A stretch of DNA of 64,000 bases. Source: Gammaproteobacteria bacterium. GTDB taxonomy: Bacteria > Pseudomonadota > Gammaproteobacteria > CBDBNL01 > JAAOII01. The DNA lies in NCBI GenBank assembly GCA_965209035.1, contig OZ242372.1:384001-448000 (forward strand), written 5' to 3'. Within the stretch, counting starts at the first letter, position 1. Each line of letters opens with the position of its first letter. The position numbers and the translations under genes are program-made. The notes under the pieces were generated by a model. That model made no database searches. It was not told where the DNA came from and saw only the letters and a list, made by a program, of their open reading frames with translations. Below, piece after piece: positions 14,371 through 24,171 of the stretch.

Positions 14371-16281
14371 TTATTGTCTCTGTCTTGCCAGGCCACCGGG
14401 CATGCAGTTCAGAGCCGGATATTGTGTGCTGTTACCGAGATCCCAGACACGAACAAAAGGAGCATCCAACGCGGCGGCACTTTCCATCTCATCGCCCGTA
14501 TTCGGATCGCACCAGAAGTTGCCCCAGAATTCATAGTCCCCCGTGAAGTCGGTTGGGCCTTGCAGTTCGGCGGTGGTCAGGCCCATACCGAAAACATCAC
14601 CGGTACTGTTGGTTGCACTGGTTGACCGCATGGTGGTCTCCGTATTCCAATAGGAATCTTCAACGATTGTGGAATCACTAGCAGAGCCCAACAGACCACC
14701 GCCACTCCCGGAAACTATTCCGCCGGACGCATAAGCAAAGCCAATATTAGCACGCGTCCCAACCCCGACTAGTCCGCCAACATTACCATTCCCGGAAACA
14801 CTTCCGCCGGACACATAAGCATGGCGAATATTAGCAGACTCTCCATACCCAACCAGCCCGCCAACAGCATCATTCCCGGAAACATCTACGCCGGACGCAT
14901 ACGCATAGCGAATATTGGCAGACTGCCCATACCCAACCAGTCCGCCAGCCTGAATTAGCCCGGAAACACTGACACCGGATATATGAGCATAGCGAATATT
15001 AGCCCTAATACCATACCCAACCAGCCCGCCCACTCCGGCGGCTCCCGGGCTCATCACACTGCCTCCCATAACCGATACATTCCGAATGCGGTTATTCCCA
15101 TTAAAACCCACAGTACCCACTAGCAGACCTACATTACTTTTGGCGCCACCGACGTGTGCATTCCGGAGATGTAAGTTTTGGATACGGCCGCCATACAACG
15201 CCGCAAATAACCCCACACCTTGCACACCACCGAGTGCACTGATAAACAGATCGGCAATGCTGTAACCTTGACCGTCAAGCATCGCCGTATAAGGGAATGA
15301 GCAAACAGTAGCACTCAAACAAGAACCGATCGGATCCCAGCCGCGGCCGCTCGTCCAGGCAGCCATATTCTTGCTGTTACCGCTGTTATCGTCATAGGAA
15401 TCCGCATCGCTAAAATTCAGCGAACGGGTCAACTCGTAGCCATTGCAGCCGGAACTCGGGCAACCCACAGCACCCACGGCGGTAACCGCGTCAATATTGC
15501 CATCATCCGTCCCATTGCCATTCAGATCATCGCGCAGCCGCGCCAAGTCATCCAAAGTGTGGATTTCTATGAGACCGTTATTATTGTCGTCCACATCCGC
15601 CGGCATCGTCTCGTTTGCTTCGTCCGGAAAACCGTCATTGTCATCGTCCGGGTCACAGGCATCGCCTTGATCATCGCCCTCGCCATTCACATTGTCCGTA
15701 TTGGTTTGGCCCGCATTCTTTACCAGTTGGCAGTTGTCGACATCGTCATTCACACCGTCATTGTCATCGTCCGGATCCAGACTATCCGGCAGAGTGTCAC
15801 CGTCCGTGTTTTTCCCGGGCCGACGCATCGGACCCGAGACCACCTTGGATACACCGCCGCCTTCATACAGGATGGACACACTGACTGTGTAATCGGTGCG
15901 GTCTGTCAGGCCATCAAGCACATAGCCCGTCATCGCCAGGGCGGCCTGATCCGCCTCATCCCCGGTAAATTCCGAGTCTGATGCGGGCGGAGTCGTACTC
16001 ACCCAACTGATCCTGAAGTCGCTGATATCGGTGCGATTCGGATTGGTCCAACTGAGCCGCAAACTGCTTTCAGCCGGAATAATTTTTAGATCGGAAACAC
16101 CGGGAAGTGAGTTACCACCGACGCCGGAACCACCTCCGCCGCCACCGCCACAGGCGGCGAGTAGGGCAATGCAGACAGCCGACAGGGTGATTGTCAATAA
16201 TAGATTGATAGCGTTGCGTGCCGGTTGTCCGTCCGCAAGGATGCAGTTGCTACTGATAGTTTGTGTTTGAAATGTACTCAT
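14371..16281 (-). CDS. Surface lipoprotein paralog 3 (FN3/TSP3/GLUG)
   Basis: Same architecture; first gene of the array, with a different extreme N-terminus. Confidence 0.85.
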   Translation of the reverse strand: MSTFQTQTISSNCILADGQPARNAINLLLTITLSAVCIALLAACGGGGGGGSGVGGNSLPGVSDLKIIPAESSLRLSWTNPNRTDISDFRISWVSTTPPASDSEFTGDEADQAALAMTGYVLDGLTDRTDYTVSVSILYEGGGVSKVVSGPMRRPGKNTDGDTLPDSLDPDDDNDGVNDDVDNCQLVKNAGQTNTDNVNGEGDDQGDACDPDDDNDGFPDEANETMPADVDDNNNGLIEIHTLDDLARLRDDLNGNGTDDGNIDAVTAVGAVGCPSSGCNGYELTRSLNFSDADSYDDNSGNSKNMAAWTSGRGWDPIGSCLSATVCSFPYTAMLDGQGYSIADLFISALGGVQGVGLFAALYGGRIQNLHLRNAHVGGAKSNVGLLVGTVGFNGNNRIRNVSVMGGSVMSPGAAGVGGLVGYGIRANIRYAHISGVSVSGLIQAGGLVGYGQSANIRYAYASGVDVSGNDAVGGLVGYGESANIRHAYVSGGSVSGNGNVGGLVGVGTRANIGFAYASGGIVSGSGGGLLGSASDSTIVEDSYWNTETTMRSTSATNSTGDVFGMGLTTAELQGPTDFTGDYEFWGNFWCDPNTGDEMESAAALDAPFVRVWDLGNSTQYPALNCMPGGLARQRQ

Positions 16282-16396
16282 AATAAATAGTCTTTGGGTT
16301 TTAATAACATAGTTTCTCCTAAATAATTAAGGGGTGTGAATTAAATAATTCGTAATCGTAGTTTACCATATTTCGCCGGCTTTTTCTTTAATAACT

Positions 16397-16507
16397 TGTA
16401 TGATCCGTCCCAATTTTGGAATTTGTGTGTTTTTGTAAAAATGGGTTCTTTAATGTGAGAACAGGCCATTCCAACCCCCGATTCCCAAACCTTGCCGGGA
16501 TGATGCA
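16397..16507 (-). mobile_element. Degenerate MITE-like derivative of the IS481 element (both ends, ~110 bp)
   Basis: TGTATGATCCGTCCCAATTTTGGAATTTGTGTGTTTTTGTAAAAA resembles the reverse complement of the IS right end. The other end reads TGCATCATCCCGGCAAGGTTTGGGAATC on the minus strand, resembling the left end. Confidence 0.65.
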
Positions 16508-16596
16508 TGCATTCGCTTCGTATTGTATTAAAGGAATACAGCTATTAAGGCAAACAACTATCAAGGTAAGCCACTGTTAAAGGAAGCAGCGTCATC

Positions 16597-17739
16597 TCAA
16601 CTTCGGCGAAGAATTTCTTTTAGTCGGCGAAGTCTGTGAGAAGCAACAAAAGAAAGATAGGCGAGATCATGATCCGCGTTACGCAACAGCATCCACCCAA
16701 GACGAGCGGTTCTCGTCGCCCAAATGCCCCCGGGCGCCGCATCGCCGGGCGGGCGCCGGCGGCAAATTTCGGCATATAAGACATCCCATTCCGCGAGTAT
16801 CTTCCGCGCGAGAGCATCAAAATGACTGTCGGGAAGGACCGGCGGCGCCTTGATGTACTCGCGGTAAAGAGTCGGGTTATTATCAATTTCTATCACCCGT
16901 TCAACAACCTCGTCAAAACTTGCATAATCGCGGCAATTAATGAAAGACTTTGGATTGTAGTAATCGCCTATGTTGGGACTGCCCCAATAAATTGGAATAC
17001 TCCCCACAGCAAGCGGGTGTTCTATTTTTTCCGTGACATAGCCGGGAGACACCCTGTTCTCAAAAGCGATGGTGAACTTGTAGTTTTTAATACAGAGCAG
17101 TTTCTTTGTCCAGGTTTCGGCAAGTAAGTTTTTTTTGCCCGCCAGGTTGTCGGGCAATTGCATGTTGTTAAGGGACATCCACATCCCCGGCGCATCTATG
17201 TGTTTGTATCGCATCATGATTTTACAAAATGCCCGGCGCACATTTGTCAGCGGCAGCGCATCGTTTGCATACAGGTAGTTACAAAATTTGGATTTGGGTT
17301 GCCCGCGATACTTTAACCAAGGAGAGTTTTTTGCAAATAACAGATCTCCGGCAAAACCACAAGAAATATTGCCGGGGGCGGGCGGCTGGCTGCTGTAGAT
17401 TCTGTCCAGGTTACGCAGTTCCAAAGGAATTGCTTCGTAACAGGAAGAAATGAGAAGAGGTGTTCCGCCCCAAATACGGCGGGCAACAACCGCCAGTTTG
17501 TAAAACATAAACGGCAAAATAGGCATCGGCGGTTTGGCTGCCGTCACCTTCAAGATGACCAGATCCGGTTGCCGGGGGTCATAAACAAAATCATAATGCC
17601 CCTCTAAAAAAGATGTGATGCGCCGATAATCTGTCAAGCCGTCTCCCGGGACCATATGCCACTGCTTGCGTTCCACTCCCGGATAAGAAGATAAGTGCGT
17701 GCAGTTGCCAAGTAAACAACAATAACGAATTTTATGCAT
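16597..17739 (-). CDS. Alpha-1,3/4-fucosyltransferase, GT10 family
   Basis: KFCNYLY and YKFTIAFEN...GYVTEKI...GSIPIYWG...NPKSFIN motifs as in Helicobacter FucT. Start taken at MHKIRY (17739). Confidence 0.88.
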   Translation of the reverse strand: MHKIRYCCLLGNCTHLSSYPGVERKQWHMVPGDGLTDYRRITSFLEGHYDFVYDPRQPDLVILKVTAAKPPMPILPFMFYKLAVVARRIWGGTPLLISSCYEAIPLELRNLDRIYSSQPPAPGNISCGFAGDLLFAKNSPWLKYRGQPKSKFCNYLYANDALPLTNVRRAFCKIMMRYKHIDAPGMWMSLNNMQLPDNLAGKKNLLAETWTKKLLCIKNYKFTIAFENRVSPGYVTEKIEHPLAVGSIPIYWGSPNIGDYYNPKSFINCRDYASFDEVVERVIEIDNNPTLYREYIKAPPVLPDSHFDALARKILAEWDVLYAEICRRRPPGDAAPGGIWATRTARLGWMLLRNADHDLAYLSFVASHRLRRLKEILRRS

Positions 17740-17780
17740 TTTTTTAATGTCTCTGTAAGAATTATATCCGTTCGCGCACA

Positions 17781-17822
17781 GAGGCAGGAGACAAGAGGCA
17801 GGAGGCAGGAAGTAGGAGGCAG
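17781..17822. repeat. Degenerate heptamer repeat (GAGGCAG)x6 in the divergent fucT/fbpA promoter region
   Basis: gaggcag gagacaa gaggcag gaggcag gaagtag gaggcag. Confidence 0.85.
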
Positions 17823-17872
17823 CCCCCGTATGAAAAACACGCATATATCCCCTATGTTATAATCAAAATACT

Positions 17873-18955
17873 ATGAAACTCACATTCAAAAACACGAAAA
17901 TTGTTGTAAAGGCCTTGTTCATACCGAACAATTTTCTGTTATTGTATGCTTCCACACTGGCTCTGTTGATTTCAACAAGTTTGTTTGGAAATGTTGCCTA
18001 CTCCGCCGAGAAGGTCAACATTTATTCGTATCGTCAAGTCCATTTGGTTCGTCCTCTGTTGGATGAGTTCACCAAAAAAACAGAGATTGAAACAAATGTT
18101 CTGTATATCAATGCCGGCATAGCCGAAAGAATGCGGTTGGAAGGGACCGGAAGTCCCGCCGACCTCATACTAACGACGGATGTGTATCGTTTGGCGGAGT
18201 TAAAAAAACTGGAACTAACGCAACCGGTTCGCTCCGACAAGATTCTGCGGAATGTCCCGGCAACCCTGCGCGATCCGGACAACCACTGGTTTGGGTTAAC
18301 CCGGCGTGTGCGTGTCATCTATGCAAGCGATGACCCCAAACGCGCGCCGCTCGGTGAGGTTGCAAGTTATTCGGACCTTGCCAAAAACGGTTTGGGGGAT
18401 CGGATATGCAGTCGCCCGCTCAGTCATATTTATAACCTCGGCTTGACGGCTTCTTTAATCGCCCAAAACGGGTTACCGGCAACCGAAAACTGGCTCAAAG
18501 GAGTGAAGAAAAATCTGGCACGCAAGCCGCAAGGAAATGATCGGGCACAAATCAAGGGGATCACCCTGGGTGTCTGTGACTATGCGGTTGCCAATTCCTA
18601 TTACTTCGCACTCTTGGCGGCGGATGATACAAAATGGACCCGCAATATTCGGGTTATCACGCCGACTCTTAAAAAAGGCGGCACACATGTGAACATCTCC
18701 GGTATGGCATTGGCGCGGTATGCGCCGAATGCGAAGCCGGCAAAAAAACTGATGGAGTTCCTGGCAGACAAATGGGCGCAAGCATACTATGCGTCTGTCA
18801 ACAACGAGTTCCCCGTTGTCCGGGGTATTCCAGCATCGGACTTTTTGAACGCGCAATTCGGCAATTTTGAGCCACAGCAATTATCTTTGGATACCATTGC
18901 CGGATTTACCGCAAACGCGCAAGAAATGGTCAATCGGATCGGTATTGACCATTAA
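17873..18955 (+). CDS. fbpA: Fe(III) ABC transporter substrate-binding protein (FbpA/FutA-like)
   Basis: VNIYSYRQ, SPADL, WFGLTRR.R, NSYY and GTHVNISG motifs. Confidence 0.9.
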   Translation: MKLTFKNTKIVVKALFIPNNFLLLYASTLALLISTSLFGNVAYSAEKVNIYSYRQVHLVRPLLDEFTKKTEIETNVLYINAGIAERMRLEGTGSPADLILTTDVYRLAELKKLELTQPVRSDKILRNVPATLRDPDNHWFGLTRRVRVIYASDDPKRAPLGEVASYSDLAKNGLGDRICSRPLSHIYNLGLTASLIAQNGLPATENWLKGVKKNLARKPQGNDRAQIKGITLGVCDYAVANSYYFALLAADDTKWTRNIRVITPTLKKGGTHVNISGMALARYAPNAKPAKKLMEFLADKWAQAYYASVNNEFPVVRGIPASDFLNAQFGNFEPQQLSLDTIAGFTANAQEMVNRIGIDH

Positions 18956-18979
18956 TCTTACCGAAAAATAACCGGGCAA

Positions 18980-19001
18980 TTCGGCTGCTGCGGCAGCCGA
19001 A
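18980..19001 (+). terminator. Perfect hairpin between fbpA and the permease (attenuator or mRNA stabiliser)
   Basis: ttcggctgc-tgcg-gcagccgaa; no U-tract. Confidence 0.5.
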
Positions 19002-19058
19002 CAGTTATTGAAGTATTCAGTTGAATTCACCCTTTCAATCATTCCTTTCCATCATTTA

Positions 19059-20618
19059 ATGCATCATTATTCTTTTGGATATTCGCAAGTCTTTGCCAAG
19101 TTATCCGTTGTTGTTTTATGGTTGTTGATATTTTTATCACCGGCCGCGTTGCTCCTGCTGGCAATGGCGGAAGAGTTCTCTTACCAAAGCGGGTTTCCCG
19201 TTCGTTCTCTCGCCCACTATCTTGGCAACACTGTCGTTTTGTCTCTGGGCGGAGGCGCCTTGTGTTTGTTGTGGGGGCTGTCCGCCGCCTGGCTGATAAC
19301 ACACTATGTATTTCCCTTGCGCCGCCAACTGCGCTGGCTGCTATTGTTACCTCTCGCATGTCCGGTGTACCTTTCCGGATTCATCTATGCGGATATGCTG
19401 GACGGCTATCCGGTAAGCGTGCGCAATATGTTCACGGGTATTCTGTTGTTTGGTATGAACTTATATCCGTATGTTTACATATTCAGTCGTGTCGCGTTTG
19501 ACCAGCAATCCGCCGACTATCCGCTGGCGGCACGCAGTCTCGGGCTTAATCCAAACCGGGTATTTTGGCGCATCCATTTGCCTATGGCATTGCCCTTTGT
19601 CAGTTTCGGGTTTCTTTTGGCCGTCATTGAAATAGTGAATGATTTTGGCCTGGTCAGTTACTATGCCATTAATACGCTTTCGCTGGGGATCTATCGGACA
19701 TGGCTCGGCTTGGGAAGTTTTAGCACCGCTTTGCGATTAAGTTTGTGGCTGCTGCTCTTATTGGCGGTCATCCTGCTCATTGAAAACCGACTGCTCGGAC
19801 GGCGCAAGCGCTTTGAAAATATGAGCCGCGGCCGCAAGCTATCCGTGAGCCCTCTGCCGCCGCTGCCGGGCACGGTTGCCTGCTGCTTCTGCCTGTTGCC
19901 AATTATCATTGGCTTTGTGATTCCGACCGGCTATCTGGTGTATGGCGCGAGCAAGCAGTTGCCATCCTTCGCCTTGTCTTTGCTGCAACCTCTTGCCAAT
20001 ACTCTCTTTCTTGCCATGACCGTCATTTTGTGTTGCGCCCTGGTCGGGTTAGCCATCAATTATGCAACGCGGCCGCTTAGCTCCGCCTGGCGTTCTTTCG
20101 GACAAAGTATCAATATTTGCTATGCACTGCCGGGAACACTGATGGGGCTGGCGGTGATCTGGATTTTTACGCGGATTAACGATCTGGCGGGAATGTCCCT
20201 TCTCGGCGGCGGTCTGCTCGCCCTTGTGTACGCCTATTCCGTTCGTTTTTCTTCGCCGATGAACCGAATGCTACACAACAGCTTGGAAAAAATTACGCCT
20301 TCCGTGGAAAAGGCGGCACGCGGTTTCGGCATCAGCCGGCTGGCACTTTTTCGTAAAATTCACTTTCCGTTCATTAAAACAAGCATTCTGGGGGCGACTC
20401 TCATCATCTTTGCCGAAACCGCCAAAGAGTTACCCCTTGCCCTGATGTTGCGTCCGTTTAATTTTGAAACTCTTGCCACATACACCTATCAGTATGCTTC
20501 GGATGAACGCTTGACGGCCGCGTCCTTACCCGCACTGACACTGATAGCCGCCGGGATACCCGCCCTTTACTTGCTTAATCTTCTGATTAGCGGGAAGCGC
20601 GGTGAACACATAGTTTGA
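19059..20618 (+). CDS. fbpB: Fe(III) ABC transporter permease
   Basis: Duplicated EAA-like loops (AARSLG, AARGFG), LYPYVY, KELP...LRPFNFETLA. Start uncertain (19008-19059). Confidence 0.9.
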   Translation: MHHYSFGYSQVFAKLSVVVLWLLIFLSPAALLLLAMAEEFSYQSGFPVRSLAHYLGNTVVLSLGGGALCLLWGLSAAWLITHYVFPLRRQLRWLLLLPLACPVYLSGFIYADMLDGYPVSVRNMFTGILLFGMNLYPYVYIFSRVAFDQQSADYPLAARSLGLNPNRVFWRIHLPMALPFVSFGFLLAVIEIVNDFGLVSYYAINTLSLGIYRTWLGLGSFSTALRLSLWLLLLLAVILLIENRLLGRRKRFENMSRGRKLSVSPLPPLPGTVACCFCLLPIIIGFVIPTGYLVYGASKQLPSFALSLLQPLANTLFLAMTVILCCALVGLAINYATRPLSSAWRSFGQSINICYALPGTLMGLAVIWIFTRINDLAGMSLLGGGLLALVYAYSVRFSSPMNRMLHNSLEKITPSVEKAARGFGISRLALFRKIHFPFIKTSILGATLIIFAETAKELPLALMLRPFNFETLATYTYQYASDERLTAASLPALTLIAAGIPALYLLNLLISGKRGEHIV

Positions 20619-20674
20619 AGTACAGCAATACGCGCACCTGCGATAAATACCCCTTCTATGCTTGTCTTTTCTTT

Positions 20675-21376
20675 TTAAGGAGAGAAGTACAGCATATTAC
20701 CCGGTTCGGGGGTTAGTTCTCTCTTGTCGGTCCAGTTTGTCAGGCAACCCCCTTGCATCAGTCCAATCTTGTCGCAAGTATTCAGGGCCTCCACCTTGTT
20801 ATGGCTGACCACAACGGCGGTGATGTTTCTGTCCTTTAAGAAGTGCCTCACTCCAAAAGACAAACTATGTTTTAGATCCGCATCCAAGTTGGCAAACGGT
20901 TCGTCAAACACCATTAACTGCACCTCGGTGATCAGGGTGCGCGCCAAGGCAACTCGCTGTTGCTCTCCGCCGGACAATTCATAGGGATACTTTGTAAGAA
21001 ATCTCTTTGTTTGTGTCAGTTCCAAAACGGTCCGCAGATTGTCTTTGCGTCTCTTGGCGGATTGATTGCCTGTGCCAAACAGGATATTCTCGCGCACATT
21101 CAAATGCGGAAATAAGGCGTAATCTTGAAATACCATGCCGACACCGCGTTCTTCCGGCGGCAGCACCCAGTCCGCGGTGGAAAGAACGCGGTCGCCAAAA
21201 CAAATCGCGCCGGCATCCAACTGTAAAAACCCCGCCAAACTATGCAACAGACTGGTCTTACCCGCCCCGTTTTTCCCCATCACCGCACCGATTTCACCGC
21301 GATTCAAGGTGAAACTTAACTCACGCAAAACAGGACTCTTTTCCTGTGATACGCTAATGCGATCCACATTAAGCAT
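20675..21376 (-). CDS. fbpC: Fe(III)-type ABC ATPase (short, convergent to the permease)
   Basis: GKNGAGKT, LPPEERGVGMVFQDYALFPHL, LSGGEQQRVALAR and DEPF motifs; no C-terminal TOBE region. Confidence 0.8.
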   Translation of the reverse strand: MLNVDRISVSQEKSPVLRELSFTLNRGEIGAVMGKNGAGKTSLLHSLAGFLQLDAGAICFGDRVLSTADWVLPPEERGVGMVFQDYALFPHLNVRENILFGTGNQSAKRRKDNLRTVLELTQTKRFLTKYPYELSGGEQQRVALARTLITEVQLMVFDEPFANLDADLKHSLSFGVRHFLKDRNITAVVVSHNKVEALNTCDKIGLMQGGCLTNWTDKRELTPEPGNMLYFSP

Positions 21377-21465
21377 CTGACAGGCTTGGGAACAGATTCG
21401 GCACAAAAGACGATGACGGCACCGGGGGGCAATTTTTTTGCAAAATAGTTGTCATTTGTTATCTC

Positions 21466-22293
21466 ATGTTTTCTTATCTTATAATTGATATTTTACATAT
21501 GAAAGGCGAACCCACTCACCTACGCATACCTCAAACTTTGGGGGCAAACGAATCTTACCAAACGAAAATCGCCGCAACGCCCGAAGAAATCCGCCAGGTC
21601 CAAAAACTGAGGTTTGAAGTATTTAACTTGGAGTTGGATGAAGGATTGGATCGTTCTTATATGGAAGGTCTGGATCGTGACGAATATGATCCGCAATTCA
21701 AACATCTCATCATCGTTTACAAGCCCAATAACCGGGTGATTGCCACCTACAGAATTCAGAATTATGCAATGGCGAAAGCGGGATTGGGGTTTTACAGTTC
21801 CGGAATCTTTGATCTGGGTATTTTCTCCGAAGTCATCCAAAAGAATATGCTCGAAATCGGCAGGGCCTGTATTGCCAGGGACCATCGTAAAGCCGGTGTG
21901 TTTTTTCTTCTCTGGAAAGGTCTTGCCGAAGTTTTGTATGCGAACAAACTCCGCTATTTCTTCGGCTGCAACTCCGTGGCAAGTCAAAACCCACAGGATG
22001 CCAACGGCATTATCCGGCTGCTTAAGACCATGCAAGTGTATCACCGGGATTTTTACGCCCTTGCAAAACCGGGCTACAAATGCCCTTACAAAAACAAAGA
22101 AACCGATATCACCAAGGTGAGCCTGCCGGTGCTGTTTAACATTTACCTGCGGTTTAGGTGCCGCATATGCAGCGAACCGGCGTTGGACCGAGATTTTAAG
22201 ACAATCATCTTTTTGATGATTTATGACTATCAAAAAGTATCCGATAAATACCATAAAATGTTTTTAGGCAATAAAGTTAGAATAAAAGTATGA
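21466..22293 (+). CDS. GNAT acyltransferase (OlsB/ornithine-lipid or 'hemolysin'-like)
   Basis: QKLRFEVF, DRDEYD, GFYS...FD, LEIGRAC and PALDRDF motifs. Confidence 0.8.
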   Translation: MFSYLIIDILHMKGEPTHLRIPQTLGANESYQTKIAATPEEIRQVQKLRFEVFNLELDEGLDRSYMEGLDRDEYDPQFKHLIIVYKPNNRVIATYRIQNYAMAKAGLGFYSSGIFDLGIFSEVIQKNMLEIGRACIARDHRKAGVFFLLWKGLAEVLYANKLRYFFGCNSVASQNPQDANGIIRLLKTMQVYHRDFYALAKPGYKCPYKNKETDITKVSLPVLFNIYLRFRCRICSEPALDRDFKTIIFLMIYDYQKVSDKYHKMFLGNKVRIKV

Positions 22294-22769
22294 AACACTC
22301 CGTTAAAAAACCTTCCGCTGCCAAGTCGGCATCCAATTCAAAAGTAATAAAAAAAAGCGGACTAACCAAATCCAAACTGCTGCGCCAGTCGCAAAGTAAG
22401 TACATGTCCGAAGAACAACTGGAATTCTTTAATGATCTTTTGTCCCGGCAACACAGAGATTCTAATTTGGTGTCGGGAGAATTTAGGGCCCGCCTCAAAA
22501 GCGAGCAAGAAAAATTGCGGGCGGCGGACATCGCGGATGTCGCCTCCGTGCGCGAGGATGTTTCTCTTTTGGAAAGAATGATTAACCGCGAACAAAACCT
22601 CCTCCGAAAAATTGAACTGGCGATGCTCGCGATTGAAAAAAGAGAATACGGCTACTGTTTGGAAACCGGGAAGCCGATTGGATTAAAAAGACTGCTGCTT
22701 AGCCCTACCGCACTCTATTCCGTGGAAGCCAAAGAGCGTTTGGAAAAAGAAAAATCAAACTACGAATAG
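22290..22769 (+). CDS. dksA: DksA, single-Cys (Zn-free type)
   Basis: YMSEEQLEFF, ADIADVAS coiled-coil tip, YGYCLETGKPIGLKRL...PTALYSVEAKE. Confidence 0.9.
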   Translation: MKHSVKKPSAAKSASNSKVIKKSGLTKSKLLRQSQSKYMSEEQLEFFNDLLSRQHRDSNLVSGEFRARLKSEQEKLRAADIADVASVREDVSLLERMINREQNLLRKIELAMLAIEKREYGYCLETGKPIGLKRLLLSPTALYSVEAKERLEKEKSNYE

Positions 22770-22775
22770 CCCGAG

Positions 22776-24047
22776 ATGCTTGATCCACAATTTTTGCGTC
22801 AGCATCCCGAACTCGTCGCCAATTCTTGTAAAAAACGCGGCCTGACATTTGATACAAAACACTATGCGCTGTTGGAGCAACGGCGGAAAAATGTTCAAAC
22901 GGAGGTGGAAGAACTAAGGCATCGGCGCACAGTCGGCGCCAAAGAAATTGCCGTTCTGATCAAAAATAATCAAGATGCCGAGCATCTGAAAAAACAAATG
23001 CAGGAGGTGCAGCAACGGATTAAACGGGAAACGGAAAAACTAAACGAAGCTCTCGCCGCCCTGCTGGAATTGCAATTACAACTGCCCAATCTGACGGATG
23101 ATTCCGTCCCCGAAGGAAAAGACGCAACCTCTAACCGAACGGAATTGGTGCACGGCGACATACCGAAGTTTTTATTTAAGCCAAAACAACATTATGAGAT
23201 CTTGCCGAATTGGCAAGACATGGCCATGGCCAGCCGCATGGCCGGCAGCCGTTTTACACTTTTTTCAGGCGAACTGGCGCTGCTGCATCGGGCCCTCATC
23301 CAAATGATGTTGGATATACATATTCGCGAACACAACTACACGGAAGTTTATGTGCCGGTGATCGTCAACAAACAAGCACTGGTCAATAGCGGACAGCTAC
23401 CGAAGTTTGCCGCAGACCTGTTTCACCTGCAAGAAACCGACTATTGCCTGATCCCGACCGGCGAAGTGCCTTTGGTCAATGTCGCCGCCGGCCGTATCTT
23501 TCAACCCGAAGAACTGCCTTTGAAACTCACCGCACACTCCCCCTGCTTTCGCAGCGAAGCCGGCAGTTACGGCAAGGATGTCAAGGGGATGCTGCGCCTG
23601 CACCAGTTTGACAAGGTGGAGTTGGTGCAGATTACCCATCCGGAAAAATCCGAAGAGGCTCTGGAAGAGATGTGCGAACAGGCCCAAAATATCTTGCAAA
23701 GACTGGAACTGCCTTATCGGGTGGTTACTCTGTGCGGCGGCGATATCGGGCATGCGGCCGCAAAAACCTATGATCTGGAAGTTTGGTTGCCCGGACAAAA
23801 CAACTATCGGGAGATTTCTTCTTGCAGCAACTGCCGCGAATATCAGGCAAGGCGGATGCTGGCAAGAGTGAATATCCGGGGCAACAATGTCCCGGTGCAC
23901 ACTTTGAATGCTTCCGGCTTGGCGGTTGGTCGCACACTCATTGCCGTCATGGAAAACTATCAAACTGCGGACGGTTCGGTCAGAATTCCGGACGCGTTGC
24001 GTCCTTACACGGGTAATCTCACCGAAATTCGGTCGGCTCCCGCATAG
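22776..24047 (+). CDS. serS: Seryl-tRNA synthetase
   Basis: MLD start, LIPTGEVP, CFRSEAG, RLHQFDKVE, YREISSCSN and HTLNASGLAVGR motifs. Confidence 0.98.
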   Translation: MLDPQFLRQHPELVANSCKKRGLTFDTKHYALLEQRRKNVQTEVEELRHRRTVGAKEIAVLIKNNQDAEHLKKQMQEVQQRIKRETEKLNEALAALLELQLQLPNLTDDSVPEGKDATSNRTELVHGDIPKFLFKPKQHYEILPNWQDMAMASRMAGSRFTLFSGELALLHRALIQMMLDIHIREHNYTEVYVPVIVNKQALVNSGQLPKFAADLFHLQETDYCLIPTGEVPLVNVAAGRIFQPEELPLKLTAHSPCFRSEAGSYGKDVKGMLRLHQFDKVELVQITHPEKSEEALEEMCEQAQNILQRLELPYRVVTLCGGDIGHAAAKTYDLEVWLPGQNNYREISSCSNCREYQARRMLARVNIRGNNVPVHTLNASGLAVGRTLIAVMENYQTADGSVRIPDALRPYTGNLTEIRSAPA

Positions 24048-24171
24048 AGCTTATATAAAAGAACTTATATAAGTTTTCTTATATAAGAAGCGATAAGAAG
24101 TATTGTGAATTCAAGTAGATAGCTTGACTTCGAAAAAATTTTTAGATTTTTCAAAATCATTGTACTGACAG

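Noticed and set aside
10377-16281. Diversity-generating retroelement acting on the lipoproteins
   Set aside because: No reverse transcriptase or TR/VR pair seen; differences are block-like and not evidently adenine-specific.
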